A stretch of 64,000 bases of DNA from Nanobdellota archaeon (GCA_043810695.1 JBDRNV010000005.1:10590-74589), one strand, 5' to 3'. Positions 49,218-59,596 are shown, numbered from the stretch's first letter. Notes: generated by a model from the letters alone, not told the origin. Program-made: numbers and translations.

Positions 49218-51014
49218 ATGTGTGGGATCTTTGGGTATATTGGAGAAAGAGAGGCTGTTCCAATTCTTGTTAGAGGATTAAAAAGATTAGAATATCGTGG
49301 CTATGATAGTGCAGGTATATGTGTTTTAAATAAAGGAGAAGTTTATCTTATTAAAGGTAAAGGTAACATATCTGATATTTGTCAGCCTGAAAAATTTCAA
49401 GAAATAAAAGGCACTATAGGTATCGCACATACGAGGTGGGCTACTCACGGAGAACCAAATGAAATAAATGCTCATCCTCATAGAGATTGTAAAAAAGAAA
49501 TAATAATCATTCATAATGGAATAATAGAAAACTATGTCACATTAAAAAAAATTTTAGAAAAAGAAGGCCATAAATTTTTATCTGAAACTGATTCTGAAGT
49601 TTTGGCCCACCTAGTAGAAAAATTTTATTCCGGTAATTTGGAAAGCGCGGTGTCCAAAGCTTTGAAACTTATTGAAGGAACTTTTGGATTAGTCGTAATT
49701 CATAAAAATAATGAAGAGATAGTAGTGGCTAAAAGAAGTTCCCCTTTAATTCTGGGAATCGGAGATGGTGAAATTTTTATAGCTTCAGATGCAGCCCCGA
49801 TAATGGATTATACAAACAAAGTTGTTTATCTGGAAGATGATGATATTGCAATTATAAAAAAATCTGATTATTTTATTAAAAATCTAAAAAAAGAAATAAC
49901 CAGAGATGTCCATGAGATTAAATGGGCTATTGGTCAGATAGAGAAAAAAGGGTTCAAACATTTTATGTTAAAGGAGATATTTGAGCAACCAGAAGCTTTG
50001 GAGAATGTTTTAAGAGGCAGAATAAAGAAAGATCTTATAAAGTTGACCGTAGATGTTAATGTAAATAATATAAATAGAATTATAATCACTGCTTGCGGAA
50101 CAAGCTGGCATTCTGCATTGATAGGTAAATATTTAATTGAGAAAATTTCCAAAATTCCTGTGGAGGTTGATTATGCTTCTGAATTTAGATATAGAAATCC
50201 TATTCTTAATGAAAAGGATCTATTAATAGTTGTTTCTCAATCGGGAGAAACTGCAGACACCCTTGCGGCTTTAAAAGAAGCTAAATCTAAAAATGTAAAA
50301 ATTCTTGGTATTGTAAATGTTGTAGGTTCTACAATCTCTAGAGAGGTAGATTCTGGAATATATTTACATGCAGGACCCGAAATAGGTGTTGCAAGTACAA
50401 AGGCATTTACTTCACAAGTAATGGCTCTCCTACTTTTTGCTTTGTTTATTAGGCAGAGAAAAGGATTAGAATTAGATAAAAAGCTTTTGAAAGAAATTTC
50501 TTCTTTGTCTGGAAAATTAAGAGAGGTTTTGGATAAATCTGGAGAAATAAAAGAGATAGCAGAGATCTTTAAATCAAGTAGTAATTTTCTTTATTTAGGA
50601 AGAGGAATAAATTTTCCTGTAGCTCTTGAAGGAGCCTTAAAATTAAAGGAAATTTCTTATATTCATGCAGAGGGTTATCCTGCGGCAGAGATGAAGCATG
50701 GGCCAATCGCTCTAATAGACGAGAATATGCCTATAGTTTTTTTGGCAACTAACGGAACTGTTTTTGAAAAGGTTTTAAGTAATATGGAAGAAGTAAGGGC
50801 AAGAGGAGGAAAAATAATAACAATAACAGATAGAGATGACCAAACTATTAAAAGATTATCTAATTATATCATAAAAGTCCCCAGAACCGTGGAAGAGATT
50901 TCTCCAATAATAAACTCAATTCCTCTTCAGCTTCTGGCTTATCATATTGCTGATTTAAAAAAATTAGATGTGGACAGGCCGCGTAATCTGGCAAAATCTG
51001 TTACAGTTGAGTAA
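49218..51014 (+). CDS. glmS: glutamine--fructose-6-phosphate aminotransferase (isomerising)
   Basis: MCGIFGYIG N-terminal nucleophile Cys2, followed by two SIS domains. 598 aa. Confidence 0.9.
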   Translation: MCGIFGYIGEREAVPILVRGLKRLEYRGYDSAGICVLNKGEVYLIKGKGNISDICQPEKFQEIKGTIGIAHTRWATHGEPNEINAHPHRDCKKEIIIIHNGIIENYVTLKKILEKEGHKFLSETDSEVLAHLVEKFYSGNLESAVSKALKLIEGTFGLVVIHKNNEEIVVAKRSSPLILGIGDGEIFIASDAAPIMDYTNKVVYLEDDDIAIIKKSDYFIKNLKKEITRDVHEIKWAIGQIEKKGFKHFMLKEIFEQPEALENVLRGRIKKDLIKLTVDVNVNNINRIIITACGTSWHSALIGKYLIEKISKIPVEVDYASEFRYRNPILNEKDLLIVVSQSGETADTLAALKEAKSKNVKILGIVNVVGSTISREVDSGIYLHAGPEIGVASTKAFTSQVMALLLFALFIRQRKGLELDKKLLKEISSLSGKLREVLDKSGEIKEIAEIFKSSSNFLYLGRGINFPVALEGALKLKEISYIHAEGYPAAEMKHGPIALIDENMPIVFLATNGTVFEKVLSNMEEVRARGGKIITITDRDDQTIKRLSNYIIKVPRTVEEISPIINSIPLQLLAYHIADLKKLDVDRPRNLAKSVTVE

Positions 51015-51091
51015 TCACTCTATCGAATCAATCTATTTTATAAGTTTTGCGAAACCCCAAATTTTAAAAACCAATTTTTTCTCAATAGATT

Positions 51092-51604
51092 ATGACAAAA
51101 GGACTTTATCATTATATAAGAGAAGCCTGGAAAAAACCAAATTTAAAAGTTCTACGAGAAAGAATGATATCTTGGAGAGCCTCTGAAGCTGTAACAAAAG
51201 TAGACAAACCTTTAAGAATTGATAGGGCTCGTGTTTTAGGTTATAAAGATAAAAAAGGATTTGTAGTTGTTCGTGTTCGTGTGGTAAGAGGAGGACACAA
51301 AAGACCTCGTCCGAATAAAGGTAGAAGAAGCAAAAGGCTTCACACAAGAAAAAATTTAAAGATGAATTATCAGTGGATTGCAGAACAGAGGGCTGCAAGA
51401 AAATATAGAAATCTTGAAGTTTTGAATTCTTATCTTCTTGGCAAAGATGGAGTACATTATTTCTATGAAGTTATTCTTGTTGATCCTGAAAGACCAGAGA
51501 TAAAAAATGATTCAAGGATAAATTGGATTGCAAAACCAGAGAATAGAGGCAGGGTTTTCCATGGTTTAACAAGCGCTGGCAAGAAAGCTAGAGGATTAAG
51601 ATAA
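51092..51604 (+). CDS. rpl15e: 50S ribosomal protein L15e
   Basis: MTKGLYHYIREAWKKP... is strongly conserved for L15e. 170 aa. Confidence 0.9.
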   Translation: MTKGLYHYIREAWKKPNLKVLRERMISWRASEAVTKVDKPLRIDRARVLGYKDKKGFVVVRVRVVRGGHKRPRPNKGRRSKRLHTRKNLKMNYQWIAEQRAARKYRNLEVLNSYLLGKDGVHYFYEVILVDPERPEIKNDSRINWIAKPENRGRVFHGLTSAGKKARGLR

Positions 51605-51647
51605 ACAAACTTAAAAACATCTGATTCTTTTGTATAAAAAAGAGAAC

Positions 51648-53366
51648 ATGTTATACAAAAAACTTGCTGAATTGTATGAAGAAATAGGAAGCACAACAAA
51701 AAGACTTGAAAAAACAGCGATACTCTCAAAATTTTTAAAACAATTAAATGAATCAGATAGAGGTATTATGTATCTTCTTCTGGGGGATATTTATCCCGAA
51801 TATGAGGAAAAGAAAATTGGTATAAGCAGTCAGCTTACGATAAAAGCTATTTCAAAAGCAACAGGAGTTGAGGAAAAAGCTGTTGTTTCTGAATGGAAAA
51901 AAATTGGAGATTTAGGAAAAGTTGCTGAATCTCTTACTGAAAGAAAAAAACAATCTACTCTTTGTAAACATATTTTAACAACAGAAAAGATTCTTGAAAA
52001 TTTAAGAAAACTCCCAGAACTTGAAGGAAAAGGAACAGTAGCCAAAAAAATTTCCTTAATAACAGAACTTCTGACTTCTGCCTCTTCAAAAGAGGCATTG
52101 TATATAATAAGAACTCTTTTGGCTGATTTAAGAATAGGAATAAAAGAAAGCACTATAAGGGATGCTATGACATTAGCCTTTTTTGATTCAGACAAAGATG
52201 CTCTAAAAAAGATTCAGGATATGATAGATAAATCAAATGATTTGGCTAGTGTATTTGATATTGTAAAAGGCGGCAAAATAAGTGAGCTTGGAAAACTAAC
52301 TCTTCATGTTGGTAAACCAATAAAAGTCATGCTTGCTCAAAAAGTAAAAAATATTCATGAAGCTTTCGAATCTGTAGGAAAGCCCTGCGCAGTTGAGTAT
52401 AAATATGACGGCTTCAGGCTTTTGATTCATAAAAAAGGCAATAATATAATTCTCTTCACTAGAAGACTTGAAAATGTAACAAAACAATTTCCAGAGGTTG
52501 TTGAATATATAAAAAAATATGTTGATGGTAAATCTTTTATTCTTGATTCAGAAGCTGTTGGTTTTGACAGGAAAACCAAAGAGTATAAACCATTTCAAAG
52601 CGTAAGTCAAAGAATAAGAAGGAAATATGATATAGAAAAACTTCAAAATGAGCTTCCAGTTGAAACTAATGTTTTTGATATCATTTATTATAATGGTAAA
52701 TCATTATTAAACGAGCCTTTTGAAAAAAGAACAAATTTAATTAAAAAAATAATAAAAAATCAACCATATAAAATAATTCATGCGAAACAAATTATAACAT
52801 CTGATGAAGAAGAAACTAAAAAATTCTATAAGCAGGCTCTTAGAAATAATCAAGAAGGAGTAATGTTCAAAAATCTTAAAGCAGTATATCAGCCAGGTAG
52901 AAGAGTAGGGCATATGCTTAAACTTAAGCCAGAAGCGAAAGACATGGATCTTGTTATAACAGGAGCAGAGTATGGAACAGGGAAACGTTATGGCTGGATG
53001 TCTAGTTTTATTCTTTCATGCAGAGACAAAAACGGGAAATTCCTTGAAATTGGAAAAATGGGAACAGGAATAAAGGAAAAATCCACAGAAGAATCAGGAA
53101 TAGGAATCTCTTTCAACGAGCTTACTGAAAAACTCAAGCCTTTAATAATAGAAGAAAAAGGCAAGTCTGTAAAAATAAAACCAAAAATTATTATTTCGGT
53201 AATATACCAGGAAATCCAGCACTCTCCAAATTATAGTTCTGGCTTTGCTCTTCGATTTCCAAGATTCACAGCCCTAAGGCCAGACAAGCCATTAAGCGAG
53301 GTTTCAAGCCTTGATGAAGTAAAAAAGGATTTTGAAAATCAAAAAAGAAACTGGAGATATGGTTGA
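51648..53366 (+). CDS. lig: ATP-dependent DNA ligase
   Basis: KxDG adenylation motif (EYKYDGFR) and an OB domain. The track ORF begins at a TTG at 51630, so the ATG at 51648 (MLYKKLAELYEEIG) is the likelier start. Confidence 0.9.
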   Translation: MLYKKLAELYEEIGSTTKRLEKTAILSKFLKQLNESDRGIMYLLLGDIYPEYEEKKIGISSQLTIKAISKATGVEEKAVVSEWKKIGDLGKVAESLTERKKQSTLCKHILTTEKILENLRKLPELEGKGTVAKKISLITELLTSASSKEALYIIRTLLADLRIGIKESTIRDAMTLAFFDSDKDALKKIQDMIDKSNDLASVFDIVKGGKISELGKLTLHVGKPIKVMLAQKVKNIHEAFESVGKPCAVEYKYDGFRLLIHKKGNNIILFTRRLENVTKQFPEVVEYIKKYVDGKSFILDSEAVGFDRKTKEYKPFQSVSQRIRRKYDIEKLQNELPVETNVFDIIYYNGKSLLNEPFEKRTNLIKKIIKNQPYKIIHAKQIITSDEEETKKFYKQALRNNQEGVMFKNLKAVYQPGRRVGHMLKLKPEAKDMDLVITGAEYGTGKRYGWMSSFILSCRDKNGKFLEIGKMGTGIKEKSTEESGIGISFNELTEKLKPLIIEEKGKSVKIKPKIIISVIYQEIQHSPNYSSGFALRFPRFTALRPDKPLSEVSSLDEVKKDFENQKRNWRYG

Positions 53367-53407
53367 TTACAATAATGCTTATAAATAATTTAAATTAAAT
53401 AATTTTA

Positions 53408-53872
53408 ATGACAAGGATTGAAACAGTTGCAATTGTACAAAGAAATCCGAGAATTCTTTTAGGAATGAAAAAGAAAAGATTTGGAAAAGGAAAATATAAT
53501 GGTTTTGGAGGAGGGGTTAAAAAAGGAGAAAAAGAAACAGAAGCGGTAATAAGAGAATGTGAAGAAGAGGTCAATATAGAAATAATTAATCCAGAAAAAA
53601 TGGGAGAAATTTTATTTAAATTTCAAAGTCAAGAACAAAATCATTTAGTATATTTTTTTAGAGCAAGAAGATATCTTGGCACTCCAAAAGAATCAGAAGA
53701 AATGATTCCTCAATGGTTTAACATAAATAAAATTCCTTATAATCAAATGTGGGAAGATGACAAATACTGGTTACCAAAATTACTAAACGGACAAAAATTC
53801 AAAGGAGATTTTTTATTTAATGCTAATAACAAAATAGTAAAATTTAATCTAGAAGATATTACTAATTTATAA
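53408..53872 (+). CDS. NUDIX hydrolase (MutT-like)
   Basis: Nudix box GGGVKKGEKETEAVIRECEEEVNI. Confidence 0.7.
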   Translation: MTRIETVAIVQRNPRILLGMKKKRFGKGKYNGFGGGVKKGEKETEAVIRECEEEVNIEIINPEKMGEILFKFQSQEQNHLVYFFRARRYLGTPKESEEMIPQWFNINKIPYNQMWEDDKYWLPKLLNGQKFKGDFLFNANNKIVKFNLEDITNL

Positions 53873-53955
53873 AAACTCTTTAAAATTCTCCTCAACCTCC
53901 TTATAAACCTTTATAAAGACATTTTTCTCTTATTTATAAAGGATATTTTATAAAA

Positions 53956-54513
53956 ATGGCTGAAGCAAGCAATTACAAGATACAAAACATTGTTGCAACT
54001 ACTTCTCTTGAAAAGCCAATTCCATTAACAAAACTGGCTCGAACACAGCCAAACACAGAATACAATCCAGAAACTTTTCCAGGGCTTGTTCTTAGAGTAA
54101 AAGAGCCTAAATCAGCTGTTCTTGTCTTCAGCTCTGGAAATCTAGTATGTACAGGCACAAAATCAATTGCACAGGTAAAAAAAGTAATACAAGCTGTTAT
54201 AAAGCAACTAAAAAAAATCAATGTAAATATAACAATAAAACCAAAGATAACTGTTCAGAATATCGTTGCTTCCGGAATGATAAATTTAAAATTGAATTTA
54301 AATTTCCTTGCTCTTGAAATGCAGAACACAGAATATGAACCAGAGCAATTTCCAGGGCTTGTATATAAATTAATAGAACCAAATGCAACTTTCCTTTTGT
54401 TCAGCAACGGAAAACTTGTATGCACAGGCACAAAAAACAAGCAGCAGCTTGAATACAGCATGGATTTGCTTCTGAAAAATGTCAGAGCTGTTTTAAAGAA
54501 TTACGATAAGTAA
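53956..54513 (+). CDS. tbp: TATA-box-binding protein
   Basis: Two direct repeats: IQNIVATTSL...PETFPGLVLRV and VQNIVASGMI...PEQFPGLVYKL. Confidence 0.9.
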   Translation: MAEASNYKIQNIVATTSLEKPIPLTKLARTQPNTEYNPETFPGLVLRVKEPKSAVLVFSSGNLVCTGTKSIAQVKKVIQAVIKQLKKINVNITIKPKITVQNIVASGMINLKLNLNFLALEMQNTEYEPEQFPGLVYKLIEPNATFLLFSNGKLVCTGTKNKQQLEYSMDLLLKNVRAVLKNYDK

Positions 54514-54521
54514 TAGTTAAA

Positions 54522-54830
54522 ATGGGAATTAAAAAGACTCTAAAAAAGATTAACAATCGATTCTCTGATTCAATATTCTTTATGGGTTTTCTAACAAATT
54601 TTGGTTTAGTTACAATTGCTCTTTTAGCATTTTTAATTAAAGAAACATTATTCCAATGGCCTATTTTTTGGAATCTTACTTTTATTTTTATAATTTATCT
54701 TATTCTATCAGTACCTATTTACAAATATCTTAATTGGGGAAATAAAGAGTTTAATAAAGGATTTATTTTTTCATTTATATTAACAACTATTTTCTTTATA
54801 TCACAATATATTTGGTTATTTTTCTTATAA
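54522..54830 (+). CDS. small membrane protein
   Basis: Three hydrophobic helices. Confidence 0.35.
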   Translation: MGIKKTLKKINNRFSDSIFFMGFLTNFGLVTIALLAFLIKETLFQWPIFWNLTFIFIIYLILSVPIYKYLNWGNKEFNKGFIFSFILTTIFFISQYIWLFFL

Positions 54831-54925
54831 ATTTCTTTCACTACTTCTAAAAAAATCATTAACAATCTGTAAACTATTCAATAGTTTACAATAAAGTATA
54901 AAAATAGAATACTGGTTGCAATATT

Positions 54926-56959
54926 ATGGCTGAAGAAGCATTGATAACTGGCAAGTCAAAAAACGATGAATTAATGATTGAAGCAAAAAATTTCTTTGAC
55001 TTCAATAAGAAAGAAATAGGTGAATCAATAAGAAAGGGCAGAAACGTAATATATATTGATTTTATAAAACTGACAGAATTCTCAAACAAACTAGCAGAAG
55101 AGATTCTTATAAATCCAGAAGAAACACTTGGAATTATTGAGCTTGCAATTGAAGAAATGGGGCTTGTTAGTAAGGTTCGGATAAGATTTGTAAATCTTCC
55201 AAAAAGTCAGGAGATGGCTGTAAGAAATATTCGATCAAAAAATCTTAATGAAATGGTTGTCATTGAAGGAATTGTAAGGCAGGCTAGTGATGTTCGTCCG
55301 CAGGTTATAAATGCAAAATTCGAATGTCCTTCATGCGGCACTGTGATTTCTGTTCTGCAAATGGAAAAAAAATTTTTAGAACCTTCAAGATGTTCTTGCG
55401 GCAGAAGAGGTGGTTTCAGGCTTATCAGCAAGGAAATGGTAGATACTCAAAGAGTTGTTGTTGAAGAAGCGCCTGAGTCTCTAACAGGAGGAGAACAGCC
55501 AAAAAGAATAAACACTTTTCTTAAGGAAGATCTTGTTGAACCAAAAATGGAAGAAAAAACAACCCCAGGCAGCAGAGTCAAAATAATAGGAATACTAAAA
55601 GAAGTTCCTGTTCCACTTAATTCAGGCGGACTTTCAACAAGATTTGAACTTGCTCTTGAAGTTAATAATATAATTCCTATGGAAGAAACTTTTGAAGAGC
55701 TTGATATAAATGAAGAAGATGAAAAACAGATTCTTGAACTTGCACAAGACCCAAAAGTATTTGAAAAACTTGCCGGAAGTATCATTCCAAGCGTTTGGGG
55801 CTATGAAGAAATAAAAAAATCTCTTGTTCTGCAATTATTCGGAGGAGTTAAAAAAACTCATATAGACGGTCAAAAAAGCAGGGGAGATTTGCATATTCTT
55901 CTTGTTGGAGACCCAGGTGTTGCAAAATCAGCAACTCTTGGTTTCATGGCAGGAATTTCGCCAAAAGGAAGATATGTTGTAGGAAAATCTGCAAGCGGGG
56001 CAGGACTTACAGCCACTGTTGTAAGAGATGAATATCTTCGTGGTTGGAGTCTTGAAGCAGGTGCAATGGTTCTTGCAAATAAAGGACTTGTATGTATTGA
56101 TGAACTTGAAAAAATGGATCCCAATGACAGAAGCGCAATGCATGAAGCAATGGAACAGCAAACGATAACAATAAGCAAGGCAAATGTTCAGGCAACATTA
56201 CGTGCAGAGACATCTGTACTCGCAGCTGCAAATCCAAAATTTGGCAGGTTTGATCCATATCAGCCAATTGCACAGCAAATTGATTTGCCTCCCACATTAA
56301 TAAATCGGTTTGATGTAATCTTTCCTTTAAGAGATTTACCTGATAGAAAAAAGGACGAACTTATTGCAACACATGTTCTAAATGCACATCAAAATGAAGG
56401 AGAAGGTATGGTAATTCCAAGAGAACTCTTTAGAAAATATATTGCTTATGCAAAACAAAGAATAAAACCTTTTCTAAAAGATGAAGCTGTTGAAGAAATA
56501 AAAAAATTCTATGTTGAATTAAGAAACATGCCTGTTTCATCAGAAGGAGCATTGAGGCCAATTCCAATTTCTGCAAGACAGTTGCAAGCTTTAATAAGAA
56601 TGTCAGAAGCTTCTGCAAAAATGAGATTAAGCGAAACAGTTGATGCTGAAGACTCAAGAAGGGCAATAGAAATCATGAAATATTATCTAACCCAGGTTGG
56701 ATGGGATTATGAGTCAAAAACATTTGATATAGACAAAGGAACAGGAGGAATGCCCGCCTCGCAAAGAAATAAAGTCTTTCTCGTAAGAGATGTTATAACC
56801 AATCTTGAAAATAAACTCGGAAAAATGATTCCAATAGAAGAAATAGAAAAAGAACTTGAAGGCAAACTTACAACAGATGAAATAGATGAAGCAATAACAA
56901 AACTTGACATAAGCGGTGTAATATTTAAACCAAGAAAAGGATATGTTGCAAGGACTTAA
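54926..56959 (+). CDS. mcm: MCM replicative helicase
   Basis: C4 zinc finger (CPSCG...CSCG), Walker A GDPGVAKS, Walker B CIDELEKM, and an arginine-finger region. 677 aa with no intein. Confidence 0.9.
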   Translation: MAEEALITGKSKNDELMIEAKNFFDFNKKEIGESIRKGRNVIYIDFIKLTEFSNKLAEEILINPEETLGIIELAIEEMGLVSKVRIRFVNLPKSQEMAVRNIRSKNLNEMVVIEGIVRQASDVRPQVINAKFECPSCGTVISVLQMEKKFLEPSRCSCGRRGGFRLISKEMVDTQRVVVEEAPESLTGGEQPKRINTFLKEDLVEPKMEEKTTPGSRVKIIGILKEVPVPLNSGGLSTRFELALEVNNIIPMEETFEELDINEEDEKQILELAQDPKVFEKLAGSIIPSVWGYEEIKKSLVLQLFGGVKKTHIDGQKSRGDLHILLVGDPGVAKSATLGFMAGISPKGRYVVGKSASGAGLTATVVRDEYLRGWSLEAGAMVLANKGLVCIDELEKMDPNDRSAMHEAMEQQTITISKANVQATLRAETSVLAAANPKFGRFDPYQPIAQQIDLPPTLINRFDVIFPLRDLPDRKKDELIATHVLNAHQNEGEGMVIPRELFRKYIAYAKQRIKPFLKDEAVEEIKKFYVELRNMPVSSEGALRPIPISARQLQALIRMSEASAKMRLSETVDAEDSRRAIEIMKYYLTQVGWDYESKTFDIDKGTGGMPASQRNKVFLVRDVITNLENKLGKMIPIEEIEKELEGKLTTDEIDEAITKLDISGVIFKPRKGYVART

Positions 56960-57284
56960 AATGTGGGAAAAATTAGGAAACGTTAATATAAAAGATAAAG
57001 AAAAATATTTGAATTTATTTAGAGATTTGATAAATAGAATTCAAGCTGGAAATTATAAATTTAATGATATTGAAGGTAAAGATTATTATATTATTAACGA
57101 AGAAAACAGGAAGTCTAGCAAATTTGTTCATATAGTTCCAAAAGAGTTATTAACCCTCTTTAATGATATGAGAAAAGATGCACCTAACGAATTTTTAGGT
57201 TTTACTATATTAATAAATAATGTAAGAGTAAGCTGCTTTGGGATTCCGTGTTCAGAATTAAGCAAAGCGATAATAAACAAATAA
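56943..57284 (+). CDS. hypothetical protein (start possibly at internal Met 56961)
   Basis: 113-aa ORF overlapping the mcm stop. Confidence 0.3.
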   Translation: MLQGLKMWEKLGNVNIKDKEKYLNLFRDLINRIQAGNYKFNDIEGKDYYIINEENRKSSKFVHIVPKELLTLFNDMRKDAPNEFLGFTILINNVRVSCFGIPCSELSKAIINK

Positions 57285-57287
57285 AAA

Positions 57288-57929
57288 ATGGCTGAAGAAC
57301 AATTCAAAAGAAATATAGCATATAAACTAAGAATAGGCGATATTTTAATAGGAAAGCCAGTAGTAGATGGAGAAAGATTTTCTTTTCTTGAATTAGGAGA
57401 TAAAAAAATAATAAGAGTAAATATTATAGGAAATATTGTTGACAAGTATGACACAGGACAAGAAGAAAGAAGCGACGGAAGAAAATATGTTTTTCTTACA
57501 TTAGATGACGGCTCAGGGCAGATAAGATTAAAAGCATTTGGTGATGATTTTGATAAATTTCGGAATTTTGTTCAGGGGCAGACAGTTGTTGTAATAGGAA
57601 TGCTAAGACACTGGAACAATGAAACATATCTCTCTCCTGAAATAATAAAAGAAATGGATTCAAAATATCTTCTTGTAAGAAAATTAGAAACAGAAAAAGA
57701 TAAAGTCGTAAATTCTGGAAATATTGCTAAAGAGCAGGTAATAGCAATTAAGGACAGAATTCTTGAACTAATAAAAAATTCAGAAGAAAACAGCGGAATA
57801 GAGATTGATAAAATAACTGAAAATTTCCCGACCATCTCTTCAACATTAATAAACCGGGAAGTTCAAAAGCTTCTTGAAGAAGGAATTGCTTTTGAACCTC
57901 GCCCTGGAAAAATCAGGTATTTGGGATGA
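57288..57929 (+). CDS. OB-fold nucleic-acid-binding protein with C-terminal winged helix (RPA32-like, tentative)
   Basis: A beta-rich OB-like core (IRVNIIGNIV...YVFLTLDDGSGQIRLKAF) and a C-terminal wH-like EVQKLLEEGIAFEPRPGKIRY. Lies next to mcm. Confidence 0.4.
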   Translation: MAEEQFKRNIAYKLRIGDILIGKPVVDGERFSFLELGDKKIIRVNIIGNIVDKYDTGQEERSDGRKYVFLTLDDGSGQIRLKAFGDDFDKFRNFVQGQTVVVIGMLRHWNNETYLSPEIIKEMDSKYLLVRKLETEKDKVVNSGNIAKEQVIAIKDRILELIKNSEENSGIEIDKITENFPTISSTLINREVQKLLEEGIAFEPRPGKIRYLG

Positions 57930-57931
57930 TT
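57900..57931. repeat. left copy of 32-nt direct repeat (CGCCCTGGAAAAATCAGGTATTTGGGATGATT) = 3' end of OB-fold gene
   Basis: Matches 58394-58425 with 3 mismatches. Brackets the DUF4258/DUF2283 cassette. Confidence 0.6.
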
Positions 57932-57935
57932 AAAT

Positions 57936-58169
57936 ATGAAAATAAAATATTCAAAACACTGGATTAGGAAACAAAAAGATAAGAAAAAAGATATTACAAA
58001 GGACATCATTGAATACTGCATAAAAAATTCTAATCAGTTAAAGGACAAGTATTGGACAGATGTTTTTAATGCCATTTCAAAAATACCAGTCTCTGGAAGA
58101 ATACTCAAAGTTGTATATAAAAAAGAGAACCAAAAAGTATTTATAATAACAGCATATTGGTTAGATTAA
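57936..58169 (+). CDS. DUF4258-like small protein (putative toxin component)
   Basis: 77 aa, with KIPVSGRILKVVYKKENQKVFIITAYW resembling the DUF4258 C-terminus. Lies directly upstream of a DUF2283-like gene. Confidence 0.45.
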   Translation: MKIKYSKHWIRKQKDKKKDITKDIIEYCIKNSNQLKDKYWTDVFNAISKIPVSGRILKVVYKKENQKVFIITAYWLD

Positions 58170-58170
58170 G

Positions 58171-58380
58171 ATGAAAAAGATAACTTACGACAAAGAAGCT
58201 GATGTTTTGAATATAGATTTGGAAAACAAAGAATATTGGAAAAGTGTAGAGTTACCTAATGGAATGATTGTTGATATTTCAAAGGATGGAAGTATAACTT
58301 CTATTGAAATTCTATGGGCAAGCAAATTCTTTTCTGGAGATGCCAGAAGAGTTATTGAAACAGCAGAATCTATTTCTTGA
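58171..58380 (+). CDS. DUF2283-like small protein (putative antitoxin component)
   Basis: YDKEADVLNIDLENKEYWKSVELPNGMIVDISKDGSITSIEILWAS matches the DUF2283 pattern (YDxExDxLYI...GxxxGIEIL). Confidence 0.55.
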   Translation: MKKITYDKEADVLNIDLENKEYWKSVELPNGMIVDISKDGSITSIEILWASKFFSGDARRVIETAESIS

Positions 58381-58393
58381 CAAGTATGAGTCA

Positions 58394-58425
58394 CGTCCTG
58401 GAAAAATTAGGTATTTAGGATGATT
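58394..58425. repeat. right copy of 32-nt direct repeat (CGTCCTGGAAAAATTAGGTATTTAGGATGATT)
   Basis: See the left copy. The right copy would also encode ...RPGKIRYLG-stop. Confidence 0.6.
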
Positions 58426-58435
58426 TTATCTTCTT

Positions 58436-59479
58436 TTACCTATAAATTTCTCTTACAACTTTCTTCCTTAATTCAAATGAATCAGCCCATTTTGCATAAG
58501 CATTCCAGCCCTGAAAGATTTCAAGTATCTTTTCTTTATTTAAATCCGCGTTCCTATATTTTCTGATTTCCAAAAACATATTCCTTATGTTTCTTTTTCT
58601 TAAAAGCCTGAAATAATAAAAATTTCTGAAACCGACAAAATCTATTCCTCTTGATAAAGAAATAATTTTAGACTTTTCTTTATGAAATTCAATTTTTAAA
58701 TTTTTAATTAAAAAATCCTCTATCACCCCCCCCCAGCTTAGTAGTTTTTCTCTTGACGGATTTATAAGAACAAAGTCATCAACGTATCTTATATAATATT
58801 TTGCCCGCAATTTATGTTTAACAAATTTATCAAGTTCATTTAAGTAAACATTAGCAAAAAATTGGGAGGTTAAATTTCCAAGAGGCATTCCTTTTCCCTT
58901 AGGGTTGTCTAAAACATTATTTTCCAAAATTCTTTCAATAAGCCAAATTACTTTCTCGTCTCTTATCTTCCTTCTTATTATGCTCAGCAAAATTTTATGG
59001 TCAACTTCCTGGAAATAATGTTTGATGTCTGCTTTAAAACAATATCCTTTTACTTGATTATTATTAAACCATCCTTTTGTTTTTCCATTTTTTGAAACCT
59101 TTCTCATAAAATTATAAAATCTTTTTATAGCAAACAAGTTTCCCTTTCCTTTACGATTAGCGCAAGAGTCGTAAATAAAGGTTTTATCAAATATTGGTTC
59201 AATAACTCTAACTAAAGCATGATGAACAATTCTATCCCTGAAATCAGATTTAGAAATTTTTCTGGATTTTGGGTCTCGTAGAATAAATGTTTTTAATGGA
59301 AGAGGTTCATAAGTTTGGAATTTCAGTTCATTATGTAATGCTCTTAAATTAGTTACTAATTTTTCCTCAAACTCAATAACATCATCTTTCTGTGTTTTTC
59401 CTTTTCTTGCTTTTCTCCATGCAAGAACCAGATTCTTTATTGAATAAATCTCAGGATAAAGATTTTTATGGGTTCGCAT
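58436..59479 (-). CDS. DGR-type reverse transcriptase
   Basis: RT domains 1-7, including RKISKSDFRDRIVHHAL, GMPLGNLTSQFFANVYLNELD (LGxxxSQ, as in Bordetella bRT IGNLTSQ) and RYVDDFVLI. 347 aa, the size of DGR RTs and smaller than group II maturases. Confidence 0.85.
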   Translation of the reverse strand: MRTHKNLYPEIYSIKNLVLAWRKARKGKTQKDDVIEFEEKLVTNLRALHNELKFQTYEPLPLKTFILRDPKSRKISKSDFRDRIVHHALVRVIEPIFDKTFIYDSCANRKGKGNLFAIKRFYNFMRKVSKNGKTKGWFNNNQVKGYCFKADIKHYFQEVDHKILLSIIRRKIRDEKVIWLIERILENNVLDNPKGKGMPLGNLTSQFFANVYLNELDKFVKHKLRAKYYIRYVDDFVLINPSREKLLSWGGVIEDFLIKNLKIEFHKEKSKIISLSRGIDFVGFRNFYYFRLLRKRNIRNMFLEIRKYRNADLNKEKILEIFQGWNAYAKWADSFELRKKVVREIYR

Positions 59480-59511
59480 ATTAGCATGAAAAACCTAGCC
59501 ATTAGTTGAGC

Positions 59512-59596
59512 CATTCTACCATTATCGTTGGAATTCGCCAAGTTATCATTGTTGGAGTTCAAATTCAAGTTCCTGTTCAAGTACAACCTGGAAAGT
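59512..59596 (-). repeat. DGR template repeat (TR), sense on minus strand
   Basis: 85 nt. Compared with VR1 and VR2, all 17+17 mismatches fall on plus-strand T (an A in the minus-strand template). Lies between the target gene and the RT. Confidence 0.75.
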
